NCBI GenBank assembly: GCA_964585555.1
Contig: CAZPEK010000001.1
Location: forward strand, 1-35,894
DNA from: an uncultured Leptospirales bacterium
GTDB lineage: Bacteria; Spirochaetota; UBA4802; UBA5550
Direction: 5' to 3'
DNA: 35,894 nucleotides
Each line of letters starts with the position of its first letter. The stretch's first letter is position 1. The translations under genes and the position numbers were made by a program. Below the pieces are notes generated by a model. That model saw nothing but the letters and a program-made list of their open reading frames with translations. It ran no database searches and was not told the origin of the DNA. Below, piece after piece: positions 1-9,116 of the stretch.

Positions 1-2349
1 AAATTTGCCGATGAAGAAGCAAAACGCATGGCTGAGAAGGCTGCCGGGGAAAAGGCCTGCAAAAAATTACAAAAAGACCTTGAAGAACAGAAGGTTTTAA
101 TCGCTGAAAATAAAAAGGTACTTGAAGATTTCCTGTTTCTTGATAAAAAAATCGGTGAAGCAAAGGTTCTTTCTGACCGGTCTGTAGAAATCGCTGAGAC
201 AGAGAAGCAGCTGAAAAAGGGACGGGAAGGGGAAGTTCTTTTTCCTGTACTTGATGAACATGTTCGTTTAAAGAAAAAGGTTGATCAGGCCTTCATCTCA
301 ATTGATGAGACAGAGAAGAGCCGTAAAGAATTCGTAAAGAACCTCCAACTTTATGAAAAGGCTTATCTCAAGGTGCCTGCAGCTGAAGAAAAACTTTTAG
401 AAAAACGGGAACTTCTCAGCATACTGAAAAACCTGCTGCCAAAGTCGGAAGAGTTTAAAAAGAAAAATGAAGACCTTTTGGATCAATTGGAATTTGGACA
501 GAAGCTGAAAAGTATTCATGATGATCTGCAAAAGGCAGAGATTTCTCTCGAAAGTAAGATTATTTCTTTAAAGAATTATCTGAAAGATCAGCAAAAAACC
601 GCTGAAAAGATCAAGACGAATCTTCTTGATCTTGCAGGGCTTCGAGAAACCCTGAAGCAGGCCCGTGACCTGGAGGCTCTCCAGGAAAAACTCATCATAT
701 CGAAAAAAGAACTTTCAAGTAATGAAAAACTCCTGGCAGCAAATGGTGAAACCGTCAGTTTTAATGAAAAAAAAGTCGCCAGCCTGAAAAAGAAATATGA
801 CGCCGCGGCTGCAGCGCATCTCGCGTCAGATCTTCGTGAAGGGATCCCCTGCCCTGTTTGCGGATCTTCGTCTCATCCCCGACCGGCTCAGGTTGACGAT
901 GCAGGCTTTCAGGAGAGCGGACAGCTTGAGGCGGCGGAAAATAATTTACGTCTCTCCCTGAATGAAGAGGTCCGTTTAACTGAAGTAATTAAGCAGCTGA
1001 AAACTCAGATAGCATCCTGGGAAAAAGATAAAGCATCTGGTTCAACAAAGGAAACTGCATCAGCTTTATTTGAAAAAATTAAGATTATGGAGAAGGAAAG
1101 TGTCTCCCTTGAGAAAGAGTCCCGGGAGATGCATAAAAAGAGAGAAGAGCTGAACGATCTGGAAAAAAAGATCGCACCGATCAGGGAAGAACTCAAGGAT
1201 CAACAAAAGGGCCTCCTGACTGCACGGGAAGATTACGCGGGGATGAAAAAGGAAGTAGACCTCCTGAAAAAAGAACTGGGAAAACACAGTGATGTGAAAG
1301 GTGAGATAAAAGCCCTTGAGGGGAAAATAAAAGAGGAAGAAAATGCAATTGTGACCGCAAGAAAAAATTTTCAGGATGGAGAAAAAATACTGAAAGAAAT
1401 AAGCGGTCGTCTTGCTGTTCAAAAGGAAGAAGCGGAAAAATCGAAGCAGGCTCTAGAGTCTCGCCATAAAAATCTACTAAAACAGATAGAAAAAACTTCC
1501 TTTCAATCGATAGAAGAACTTGAAGCCCTGCGAAAAAAGAATCTCTCCCTGGAAAATATTGAAAAAAAAATAAATCAATACCGGGAAGCCGTAACAACGA
1601 TTCAGGCTGACATAGCGGCGCTGAAAAATCGTATTAAAGGGAAAAAGCGTCCAGACACGGTAACGATGGAGAAGGCCTATGATACACTTTCAGAAGAGCT
1701 GTCAGTCCAGGAGGAGAAGCGGCGGGTTGCTGATATTGCCCTTCGAGATCTTCAGGAGAAGAGAAAGAATTTTAAGCGTCTGAATAAGGATATCGATGGT
1801 AAATCAAAAAGCGCGGATATGCTGGTTGCACTGGCTGATGATTTAAACGGGAAAAATTCAAAAAATATTAATTTTCAAAACTTCATACTCGGGGCTTACC
1901 TTCGGGAGGTCACCCGCTACGCGACAGAGCGTTTCAAACGGATGAGCAGCGGGCGCTACAGCATTCTAGTCAATGAATCAATAGAGCATAAGGGCCGCCA
2001 GACTGGTCTTGAACTTGATGTCTTTGACGCCTTCAGCGGCAAGCTGCGGAGTGTAAAAACCCTTTCAGGTGGAGAAAAGTTTCTTGCGGCAATCAGTCTT
2101 TCCCTGGGGCTTGCAGATGTAATTCAGGAGCGTTCCGGGGGAATTGAGCTGGATGCGATCTTTATCGACGAGGGCTTCGGTTCCCTTGATGAAGAGTCCC
2201 TTGATCTGGCTCTGACCATTCTTGATGAAATCCGTCACAACCGGCTGGTGGGTATTATATCCCATGTTGCTGAATTGAGAAACAGGATTCCCGGTCAGCT
2301 CCAGGTTATCAAAGGGGCCTCGGGTTCGCAGATTATTTCTGCTTTATGA
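1..2349 (+). CDS. sbcC: SbcC/Rad50-family double-strand-break repair ATPase (SbcCD nuclease subunit C), 5'-truncated by the window edge
   Basis: Frame 1 is open from nt 1 (KFADEEAKR precedes the first Met at 28). Long K/E-rich coiled coil. Central CxxC zinc hook (GIPCPVCGSSSHP). C-terminal ABC signature LSGGEKFLAAISLSLGLA, Walker B/D-loop IFIDEGFGSLD and H-loop GIISHV. Confidence 0.9.
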   Translation, partial: KFADEEAKRMAEKAAGEKACKKLQKDLEEQKVLIAENKKVLEDFLFLDKKIGEAKVLSDRSVEIAETEKQLKKGREGEVLFPVLDEHVRLKKKVDQAFISIDETEKSRKEFVKNLQLYEKAYLKVPAAEEKLLEKRELLSILKNLLPKSEEFKKKNEDLLDQLEFGQKLKSIHDDLQKAEISLESKIISLKNYLKDQQKTAEKIKTNLLDLAGLRETLKQARDLEALQEKLIISKKELSSNEKLLAANGETVSFNEKKVASLKKKYDAAAAAHLASDLREGIPCPVCGSSSHPRPAQVDDAGFQESGQLEAAENNLRLSLNEEVRLTEVIKQLKTQIASWEKDKASGSTKETASALFEKIKIMEKESVSLEKESREMHKKREELNDLEKKIAPIREELKDQQKGLLTAREDYAGMKKEVDLLKKELGKHSDVKGEIKALEGKIKEEENAIVTARKNFQDGEKILKEISGRLAVQKEEAEKSKQALESRHKNLLKQIEKTSFQSIEELEALRKKNLSLENIEKKINQYREAVTTIQADIAALKNRIKGKKRPDTVTMEKAYDTLSEELSVQEEKRRVADIALRDLQEKRKNFKRLNKDIDGKSKSADMLVALADDLNGKNSKNINFQNFILGAYLREVTRYATERFKRMSSGRYSILVNESIEHKGRQTGLELDVFDAFSGKLRSVKTLSGGEKFLAAISLSLGLADVIQERSGGIELDAIFIDEGFGSLDEESLDLALTILDEIRHNRLVGIISHVAELRNRIPGQLQVIKGASGSQIISAL

Positions 2350-2359
2350 TTATCATAAC

Positions 2360-3118
2360 CTAAAGATTAATTTCAAGTACAATGGGACAATGATCGGACC
2401 CCATCACCTCGGGGAGGATATATGATTTCTGCAGATTTTTTTTAAGATCCGGGGATACGCAGAAGTAATCGATACGCCATCCGATGTTCTTCTCCCGGGC
2501 ACCACCCATGTAGCTCCACCAGGTATAATGTCCCCCCTGGGGCTCAAATTCCCTGAAGGTATCTATGAATCCCGCCTTTATGATATTATCAAAGCCTTCA
2601 CGTTCCTCGTCAGTGAAACCGGCATTTTTATGGTTGTTTGCCGGGCGGGCAAGGTCGATTTCCTTATGGGCAACATTCAAGCCTCCACAGAAAATCAGGG
2701 GCTTTTTCTCAGCAAGGGACTGCAGGTATTTGAGAAAGTCTTTGTCCCACTCTCCTGACCGGTAATCGAGGCGCTCCAGGCCCCTCTTGGCATTGGGGAC
2801 GTAGACATTGACCAGGTGGGCGGGACCGAGATCAAGGGTGATTACTCTTCCTTCTTTATCATGCTTTTCGATATTGATGTCATTGATCACTTCAGCTGGT
2901 TCATGTTTGGAAAAAACAGCAGTTCCTGAGTAGCCTTTTCTTTCAGCCCAGTTCCAGTAGCGGTGCGGGTATGCGGGAAGATCGAGTTCAACCTGTTCGG
3001 GCATCGCCTTGGTTTCCTGGAGGCATATGATATCCGGGTCTTCCTTCTCAAGAAATTCAAGAAAGCCTTTTTTGAGAACTGCCCGTATGCCGTTCACATT
3101 CCAGGAAATAATTTTCAT
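2360..3118 (-). CDS. xth: Exodeoxyribonuclease III (AP endonuclease, EEP fold)
   Basis: N-terminus MKIISWNVNGIRA, then CLQETK, YSGTAVFSK, NVYVPN, WRIDYF and C-terminal SDHCP. This is the classic ExoIII/Xth motif order, and the 252-aa length fits. Confidence 0.92.
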   Translation of the reverse strand: MKIISWNVNGIRAVLKKGFLEFLEKEDPDIICLQETKAMPEQVELDLPAYPHRYWNWAERKGYSGTAVFSKHEPAEVINDINIEKHDKEGRVITLDLGPAHLVNVYVPNAKRGLERLDYRSGEWDKDFLKYLQSLAEKKPLIFCGGLNVAHKEIDLARPANNHKNAGFTDEEREGFDNIIKAGFIDTFREFEPQGGHYTWWSYMGGAREKNIGWRIDYFCVSPDLKKNLQKSYILPEVMGSDHCPIVLEINL

Positions 3119-3309
3119 TTGTCACTCTGCAGTATGTGTAAAAAATTTAAAGAGACCATGCGGGGTCGCGCATGTATTTTTTAATCTTATCTGCACCATA
3201 GGCGGGTCGCAAGAAGCGTCAAGATAAAAATCATCTTTGTCAGGGTAAAATTGCTGTTGCAATCCTGCGCCTGAAGGTATGATATGTCTCCTTGAGAAAG
3301 GAAGGCATA

Positions 3310-5265
3310 ATGAAAGAATATTTCGGATCAGAGGGCTGCCTCGCCGAAGCGATCAGCGGGTTTGAGCACCGCAGGGAGCAGGAGCAGATGGCGGACTTCA
3401 TCCTGGAGCGCCTGGTTGAGCAGGAAAACGGTATCGTTGAAGCGGGGACCGGTACAGGGAAGACCCTCGCCTACCTTATCCCCGCGCTGATATATGCCAC
3501 TGAGAGTGAAAAAAAAGTATCTGTTACCACTGAGACAAAGGCCCTGCAGAAGCAGCTTCTTGACAAGGACCTTCCCCTGGTGAAAGATATTTTCAGTCGG
3601 TACCTTGATAAAGATATTTCTTTTGCCCTCTGCCTCGGAAGCGCCAACTACCCATGCCGCCGTCGTTATGAAACGATCCTGAAACGTGGCTCTCTTGAAA
3701 AAGCGGATATTCAAAAGCTTACCAGGCTCGGTAATCTTTTTAAAGAAGAGCGGCCTTTTTCACGCTTTGATCTCCGCATTTCGAATCATCTCTGGGGCCA
3801 GGTCTGCCGTGAGCCCGACGGCTGTAATTCTTTTCGCTGTATGTACGCCTCGGGATGTGCCTACCAGATGGCACGAAGGGAATGGCAGGAGGCAGATCTC
3901 CTGGTGATGAACCATTATCTGTTCTTTACCAATATCTCTTCCGGTAAGGCTTTTCTTCCTGAAACCGATGTGGTGATTTTTGATGAAGCCCACAGTATTG
4001 AAGATATTGCGGCTTCACAGCTTGGTTTTGCCCTTTCTCTTGATATGCTCAGTGAAATTATGGACCGCTTTTTCCGAAAGACACGCCGATCGTCTCTTCT
4101 GATGAATATTAGAAAGGAAGAAGAAAAGCGCCGCGCCCTTGAGCTCTTTGAAAAGATTGTAAAGGAAGGGGGAAGTTATTTTGAAAAAATACGCTCCCTC
4201 TTTCCCCGAAATGATATGCAGCTTCGGCTCCGAAAGGCGGTTCCCTATGGAGAGTCACTGGTTGCCCTTTGTAAAAATTTTTTGAACCTTCTCGCTGAGG
4301 CGGAAGATGACTTTGATGAAGAATATTTAAAACTTGAATTTGATATTGCCCGGGGTCGTCTTTTTGCCTTTTCAGAAAACCTGACACATTTTGTTTTTCA
4401 GAATCTTGATAATCATGTCTACTGGATTGAACGGAGCAGCAGGGATCTTCTTGGTTCTGTGGTTGTCAGGTCGCAGCCGATTCAGATTTCTGACATCATG
4501 AGGCGTGAAGTAATAGAACATTACGATGCGGCGATTTTTGTCTCCGCGACCCTTGCGGTAAAGGGTGACTTCTCGTACATGGCGGGGCGCCTCGGTCTTG
4601 ATCGTCCCGTAACTCTTGCCCTCCCCTCTTCTTTTGATTATTCTTCACAATCAGTTCTTTTTCTGGGGAAAGACATGGTGCAGCCGGGAGAGGATCACTA
4701 TATTCATCAGGCTGCTGAAGCGGCAGCTGAGGTTATTGCCATGACAGGTGGCAACTGCCTGATGCTTTTTACATCATACCGGATGCTTGAAGATGTACGG
4801 GGTGTCCTGGGTGATCTGGTTGAAAACCGGCTTTATTCCCAGGGGGAGCTGACTTCCTCTGAAGCAATGGAATATTATCTCGATGATGACGGGGCGGTGC
4901 TTCTCGGCACCCATAGTTTCTGGCAGGGCATAGACCTGCCGGGAGATCTCCTCCGGGGGGTTATCATGATGCGTCTTCCCTTTTCGGTTCCCGATTCTCC
5001 CCCTGTTCAGGCCCGTGTTGAGATCCTGAAACAGAGGGGCTTGAATCCCTTCATGTCGTACCAGGTGCCCGAGGCAGTCATAAAATTTAAGCAGGGTTTC
5101 GGGCGTCTTATTCGAAGCAGCCGGGATGTGGGAATTGTTGCGGTTCTTGACTCTCGTATTGTCTCCAAACCCTATGGACGCTACTTCCTCGATTCCCTTC
5201 CCCCCGCTTCGGTAACTTTCCGGTTCGATGATGCAAAGGAAAAATACCGGGAAATTATTCGTTGA
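3310..5265 (+). CDS. dinG: DinG/XPD (Rad3)-family ATP-dependent DNA helicase with an Fe-S cluster domain
   Basis: Walker A EAGTGTGKTLAYLIPAL and DEAH box VIFDEAHSIED. Four-Cys insertion between them (CLGSANYPC ... CREPDGC ... CMYASGC). C-terminal helicase motifs (LFTSY, FWQGIDLPG, QGFGRLIRS). I prefer the ATG at 3310, which follows GAAAGGAAGG, over the TTG at 3292. Confidence 0.85.
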   Translation: MKEYFGSEGCLAEAISGFEHRREQEQMADFILERLVEQENGIVEAGTGTGKTLAYLIPALIYATESEKKVSVTTETKALQKQLLDKDLPLVKDIFSRYLDKDISFALCLGSANYPCRRRYETILKRGSLEKADIQKLTRLGNLFKEERPFSRFDLRISNHLWGQVCREPDGCNSFRCMYASGCAYQMARREWQEADLLVMNHYLFFTNISSGKAFLPETDVVIFDEAHSIEDIAASQLGFALSLDMLSEIMDRFFRKTRRSSLLMNIRKEEEKRRALELFEKIVKEGGSYFEKIRSLFPRNDMQLRLRKAVPYGESLVALCKNFLNLLAEAEDDFDEEYLKLEFDIARGRLFAFSENLTHFVFQNLDNHVYWIERSSRDLLGSVVVRSQPIQISDIMRREVIEHYDAAIFVSATLAVKGDFSYMAGRLGLDRPVTLALPSSFDYSSQSVLFLGKDMVQPGEDHYIHQAAEAAAEVIAMTGGNCLMLFTSYRMLEDVRGVLGDLVENRLYSQGELTSSEAMEYYLDDDGAVLLGTHSFWQGIDLPGDLLRGVIMMRLPFSVPDSPPVQARVEILKQRGLNPFMSYQVPEAVIKFKQGFGRLIRSSRDVGIVAVLDSRIVSKPYGRYFLDSLPPASVTFRFDDAKEKYREIIR

Positions 5266-5400
5266 GACTTTTTACCGGATTCCCGGGAATGAGCTGACAA
5301 CCTGTACCCTCTCGTCAGAGAAATTGTTTCTCCAACACATCATAAAAGAGTAACTTTATCAATGATTTCAAATTCTCCATTCCCGGGGACGTAGAAACAG

Positions 5401-5429
5401 TTGACAGGGCTTTTCTATGTTGGAATACT
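5401..5429 (+). promoter_or_regulatory. Sigma70-like promoter candidate upstream of the enoyl-CoA hydratase gene
   Basis: TTGACA (5401-5406), a 17-nt spacer, then AATACT (5424-5429), about 30 nt upstream of the ATG at 5460. Sequence match only. Confidence 0.35.
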
Positions 5430-5459
5430 ATACGCATATCGATAAAGGACAGGTGGACT

Positions 5460-6218
5460 ATGGGATACGAAACTATTACATTTGAAACCCCCGAAGAGGG
5501 AATAGCATTATTAACACTGAACAGGCCGCAGGCCTATAACGCGGTAAGCATGCAGATGATGGAAGAACTGGAAGACTTCTGGCGTGAACGTCTCTATGAT
5601 CTTGATATCAAGGTTGTGGTCATTCGTGGTGCGGGAGATAAGGGTTTTTGCGCTGGCCTGGACCTGAAGGATACGGCGGAACATGTGCCGAAGATGAGTA
5701 CTCCCGAGTTTTATCGTTTCCAGGCTCGTCTGGCACGGATTAATCTTCATATGAGACGGGCGCCCCAGCCGATAATTGCGGCTGTTCATGGTGCAGCCGC
5801 CGGCCAGGGTTTCAGTTTTGCCCTCGCCTCGGATATCAGGGTCGTTTCACCGGATGCCCGTTTCTGCGCGGCCTATATTAACATTGGCCTCGGGGGTGCT
5901 GATATGTCCTGTAGTTACTTCCTGCCCCGAATGATTGGCGCCGGTCGGGCCTATGAGTTCATGTATACGGGAGATTTTATGAGTTCTGATGACGCACTGA
6001 ACCTGGGGCTGGTCAGCAAGATTGTTCCCAAGGAAGATCTCCTTGAGAGTGCCATGGAATATGCCCGTAAAATGATGACTAAAAATCATATGGCACTCCG
6101 CCTGACAAAGGAAGCAATTAATATTAATCTTGATGCCGGTGGACTTGAAGCAGCTATCAATATTGAAGATCGAAACCAGTCGCTTCTTGCCCTGGGAACC
6201 CTGCTTCAGAAGAAGTAA
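5460..6218 (+). CDS. Enoyl-CoA hydratase/isomerase (crotonase) family protein
   Basis: Crotonase pattern: LTLNRPQAYNAV, oxyanion-hole segment VVVIRGAGDKGFCAGLDLK, IAAVHGAAAGQGFSFALASD, CAAYINIGL. About 250 aa, typical of the family. Confidence 0.85.
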   Translation: MGYETITFETPEEGIALLTLNRPQAYNAVSMQMMEELEDFWRERLYDLDIKVVVIRGAGDKGFCAGLDLKDTAEHVPKMSTPEFYRFQARLARINLHMRRAPQPIIAAVHGAAAGQGFSFALASDIRVVSPDARFCAAYINIGLGGADMSCSYFLPRMIGAGRAYEFMYTGDFMSSDDALNLGLVSKIVPKEDLLESAMEYARKMMTKNHMALRLTKEAININLDAGGLEAAINIEDRNQSLLALGTLLQKK

Positions 6219-6225
6219 AATCCGG

Positions 6226-6245
6226 GCCGGCCCGTCAGGGCCGGC
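6226..6245. terminator. GC-rich hairpin between convergent genes (probable bidirectional terminator)
   Basis: GCCGGCCC-GTCA-GGGCCGGC forms an 8-bp all-GC stem with a 4-nt loop, followed by a T-rich stretch (ttgatctgtcttcctttttt). It lies between the crotonase stop (6218) and the RND exporter stop (6342). Confidence 0.6.
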
Positions 6246-6341
6246 TTGATCTGTCTTCCTTTTTTCCTCTTAAATATCCTGACAGTTACCGCAACAGGGC
6301 TGCCATGGGACTGTATAATTCATGGGAGGGAAGTAACTTTC

Positions 6342-8645
6342 CTATTCCGGGGCCTTCAGCGGGTTGAAATACCTGATAATCGCCGGAAGTATCAGCAGAT
6401 CCCCCAACAGGGCCGCAACCATGGAAAAGGCTGTCAACGCTCCGAAGGTCTGGGTTGGCCGTACTGTTCCCATAATCAGCACCAGGAAGCCACAGGAGAG
6501 AACAAGAGATGTAATAATGATTGGCTTGCCTACATCCTGAAAGGCTTTCTGGAGGGCTTCACCGTTTCCCTTCCCGTCGGCGATGTTTCTCCTGTACCAG
6601 GTTATATAGTGGATCGTATCATCCACAGCTATGCCAATTACGACACTGGCAATCATAATGGTTGCTACATCAAGAGGGATATCAAACCAGCCCATGACTC
6701 CCATGGTCATCATGATGGGGAAGATATTTGGTATCATGCTGATAATGGTCAACGGGATATTGCGGCATACAAAGTACATCATTACCAGTATTATACAAAA
6801 GGCGACAAGAAAGGACCTGATCTGGCTGTCTTGCAGATTTTCTCCCATGGTGAGATAGAGGGGGGAGAGACCGGTAAATTTATAGGTAAAATTGTCGCCA
6901 AGGGTTTTCCCCATATATTCCTTTACCATTATTTCATATTTTTCAGCTAACTGGTTTGAACCCCAGTGGGACTGAAAAGATATCCTTGCCTCAAGACGGT
7001 CCGGTGCCACTACCCTGTCGAGAACTTCCGATTCCCCTATTTCGTAATAGTCAAGGATATCCATTCGTCTTTCCGGAATGCGGTACCAGGCCTGTTTTCC
7101 CTGATTAAAAGCCTGGTGGATTTCTTTAAAGTAATCAGCCAGAGAGAATGCTGATGAGAAGTGGTTCATGTCCCGTAGAAGGTCTTTTTGAATTTTGCTG
7201 ATAAGTTCCAGGCTTTCAGGGTGAGTGAAATCGTGGTCTGCGTCTTTAGCCTGTATGAGCATAACAAAGGGTATAGTGCCTCCGAGGTTTTCGTCGATAA
7301 AGATGATGTCTTTTTTTAGTTGAATATGTTCGGGCATGTAATTCGCAAAACTTGTTTCAAACCTGAGGCGAGACATTCCCCATATGGTTAAGGAGGTTAA
7401 CAAGCAAAAAATAATTAAAATGGGACGGTAATTAGTTGTTGTGACCTCTCCAATACGTGAGAGAAATTTATACATTCTTCCGGTAGCTTCAGATAAAACC
7501 GGTCGTGACGAATCCGTGGTCTTTTCTTCTTTTGAAAATCTTTTAGACATGAGCATCAAAAAGGAAGGAAGCATCGTTATGGTGAGAAAAAAGGCAACCA
7601 TTACGCCAATAGATGTAAAGATGCCAACTATTTTCGGGGGTCGAATGGTGGCTGTAATGAAGGAGAAAAAACCGATTCCAGTAGTTACACTGGTGAAGAA
7701 ACAGGGAAGCCATACTGCCTTCAGGGCTGTCAGTACCGCTTCTCCATGACGGTTACCGTTTGTAAGAAAGGTCTCCCGGTAATGGGAAAGTAAATGGATT
7801 GAGTCAGCAACTGAAATAGCCAGAAGGACCGGGGGAATAATAACTGTCGACATGTTCAGTGTTTCTCCGTTTGCCGTAAGAAGACCGATGCCCCACACAA
7901 CAGTTGTAAGAAGACTGATCATGGTTAAAAAGGCCAGAGAAGCCTTTCGTATGAGAAAGGTCAGAATCAGGAAAATGACCACCAGTAGTACAGGAGTAAA
8001 CTTGAGGTTGTCCTGCCGGGTCAGGTCATTCATTTCTACTTCAAGGAAGGGCTGGCCGGCAAAACGAAGCTGAAGAGAATCTCCCGCAATTTTTTCAGCA
8101 ACAGATTTAAGATGAATCAGAACATCCCGTTTTGCATTGTTGCTGGCAGCTGGTTCAAGCTCTATGAGTATTGCTGAGGTTGTGCCGTTTTTCGATATTA
8201 TACTGTTTACCAGCAGAGGATCATTCATTATTTTTTTCTTAATACCTGGAATGCCTTCAGGAGAGATGTTTTTTTTCTGAATTATTTTTTGAAATGAAAT
8301 AGTGTTGTTTGTATCAACAGCCTCTTTTGCTTCCGTGAGGCTGAAGAGACGCTGAACCCCCTGCTCCTTTAACAGGGCAGTTGAAATCGCATCAACGGTA
8401 AGAAGTATCTTTTTTGAAAACAGTTTCTCATGCTTGAAGGCGATAACGGCAAGTTCTTCATTGCCATAGGTTGCCTGGAACTGCTTGTAGAACTGGAGAT
8501 CGGGATCTCTTTTATCAAAGTAGATGTCAATATTATTGAAATATTTCTGGTGAGCGTAATACCATGCCATTGGAAGACTGAGGAGCATAATAATTATCAG
8601 TGTTACGCGGTAGTGGCTAATTATTTTATCAAGTATTCGATTCAT
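6342..8645 (-). CDS. MMPL/RND-superfamily exporter (COG1033-like, 12 TM in two bundles with two large extracytoplasmic loops)
   Basis: One N-terminal TM, a large soluble loop and a 5-TM bundle (…FLILTFLIRKASLAFLTMISL…SVADSIHLL…), then a second loop and second TM bundle (…IAVDDTIHYITWY…). This is the MMPL/SSD-like organisation. I prefer the start at MNRILDKI (8645), preceded by ACAGGGAAC, over the upstream ATG at 8696. Confidence 0.8.
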   Translation of the reverse strand: MNRILDKIISHYRVTLIIIMLLSLPMAWYYAHQKYFNNIDIYFDKRDPDLQFYKQFQATYGNEELAVIAFKHEKLFSKKILLTVDAISTALLKEQGVQRLFSLTEAKEAVDTNNTISFQKIIQKKNISPEGIPGIKKKIMNDPLLVNSIISKNGTTSAILIELEPAASNNAKRDVLIHLKSVAEKIAGDSLQLRFAGQPFLEVEMNDLTRQDNLKFTPVLLVVIFLILTFLIRKASLAFLTMISLLTTVVWGIGLLTANGETLNMSTVIIPPVLLAISVADSIHLLSHYRETFLTNGNRHGEAVLTALKAVWLPCFFTSVTTGIGFFSFITATIRPPKIVGIFTSIGVMVAFFLTITMLPSFLMLMSKRFSKEEKTTDSSRPVLSEATGRMYKFLSRIGEVTTTNYRPILIIFCLLTSLTIWGMSRLRFETSFANYMPEHIQLKKDIIFIDENLGGTIPFVMLIQAKDADHDFTHPESLELISKIQKDLLRDMNHFSSAFSLADYFKEIHQAFNQGKQAWYRIPERRMDILDYYEIGESEVLDRVVAPDRLEARISFQSHWGSNQLAEKYEIMVKEYMGKTLGDNFTYKFTGLSPLYLTMGENLQDSQIRSFLVAFCIILVMMYFVCRNIPLTIISMIPNIFPIMMTMGVMGWFDIPLDVATIMIASVVIGIAVDDTIHYITWYRRNIADGKGNGEALQKAFQDVGKPIIITSLVLSCGFLVLIMGTVRPTQTFGALTAFSMVAALLGDLLILPAIIRYFNPLKAPE

Positions 8646-8941
8646 GTTCCCTGTCCGTATATTTATTGGCCCTGTGCAAAAGACCTGTTTCCCCATGGTT
8701 TATGGGCTGAATTTACTTGTGACGGAATATTATGAGTATGCACTGAAAAGGTCAACACTTATCCTGAATAACGTAAACCTTATTCTGGTCGATATTCTTT
8801 AACAGGAGACTTCATTAATAGTGGAATAACCGGTCTGGAAGGGTATTCTCTATCTACGGTTACATAAAAGATTGTAAAAACCATACTCCTCATGGTAGAT
8901 TCATTGACGGTATGGATATTATTTCCTATTCACTATTAATC

Positions 8942-9055
8942 TAATGAGACATAAAATATTTATTGACATATATTTTAGCATGTATATTCTGTAGTATTGA
9001 TCGGCAGGGGATGAATTATACATTCTCTGCCCGGTACCATAATGAGACATAAAAT
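8942..9055. repeat. 16-nt perfect direct repeat TAATGAGACATAAAAT (8942-8957 and 9040-9055) bracketing a TTGACA promoter-like element
   Basis: Both copies were read directly from the sequence. They are 98 bp apart inside the 470-bp intergenic region upstream of the coiled-coil gene. TTGACA at 8963-8968 lies between them. Confidence 0.6.
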
Positions 9056-9116
9056 CTGGGCCTTGTTCTATGCACAGTATTGGTCCTGGGGATTTTTTAA
9101 AAAGGGAGACATATAG

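Noticed and set aside
3119-3309. SOS/LexA box in the xth-dinG divergent region (CTG-containing segments; repeated CGGGTCGC 8-mer).
   Set aside because: No CTGT-N8-ACAG, CGAAC-N4-GTTCG or TTTG-N5-CAAA palindrome is present. The 8-mer repeat is too short to be significant.
6246-6950. Long ORFs in the track that lie antisense to, or out of frame within, confidently assigned genes. Examples are 6246-6950 (+) inside the RND exporter, 1005-1597 (-) inside sbcC, 9068-9517 (-) over the coiled-coil gene start, 23378-24292 (+) inside DUF1846, 30180-31102 (+) inside manC and 17566-18054 (+) inside the FAD oxidoreductase.
   Set aside because: Each is fully overlapped by a gene with clear family motifs on the other strand or frame. 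Their translations are low-complexity or compositionally odd and have no RBS. They are typical shadow ORFs.
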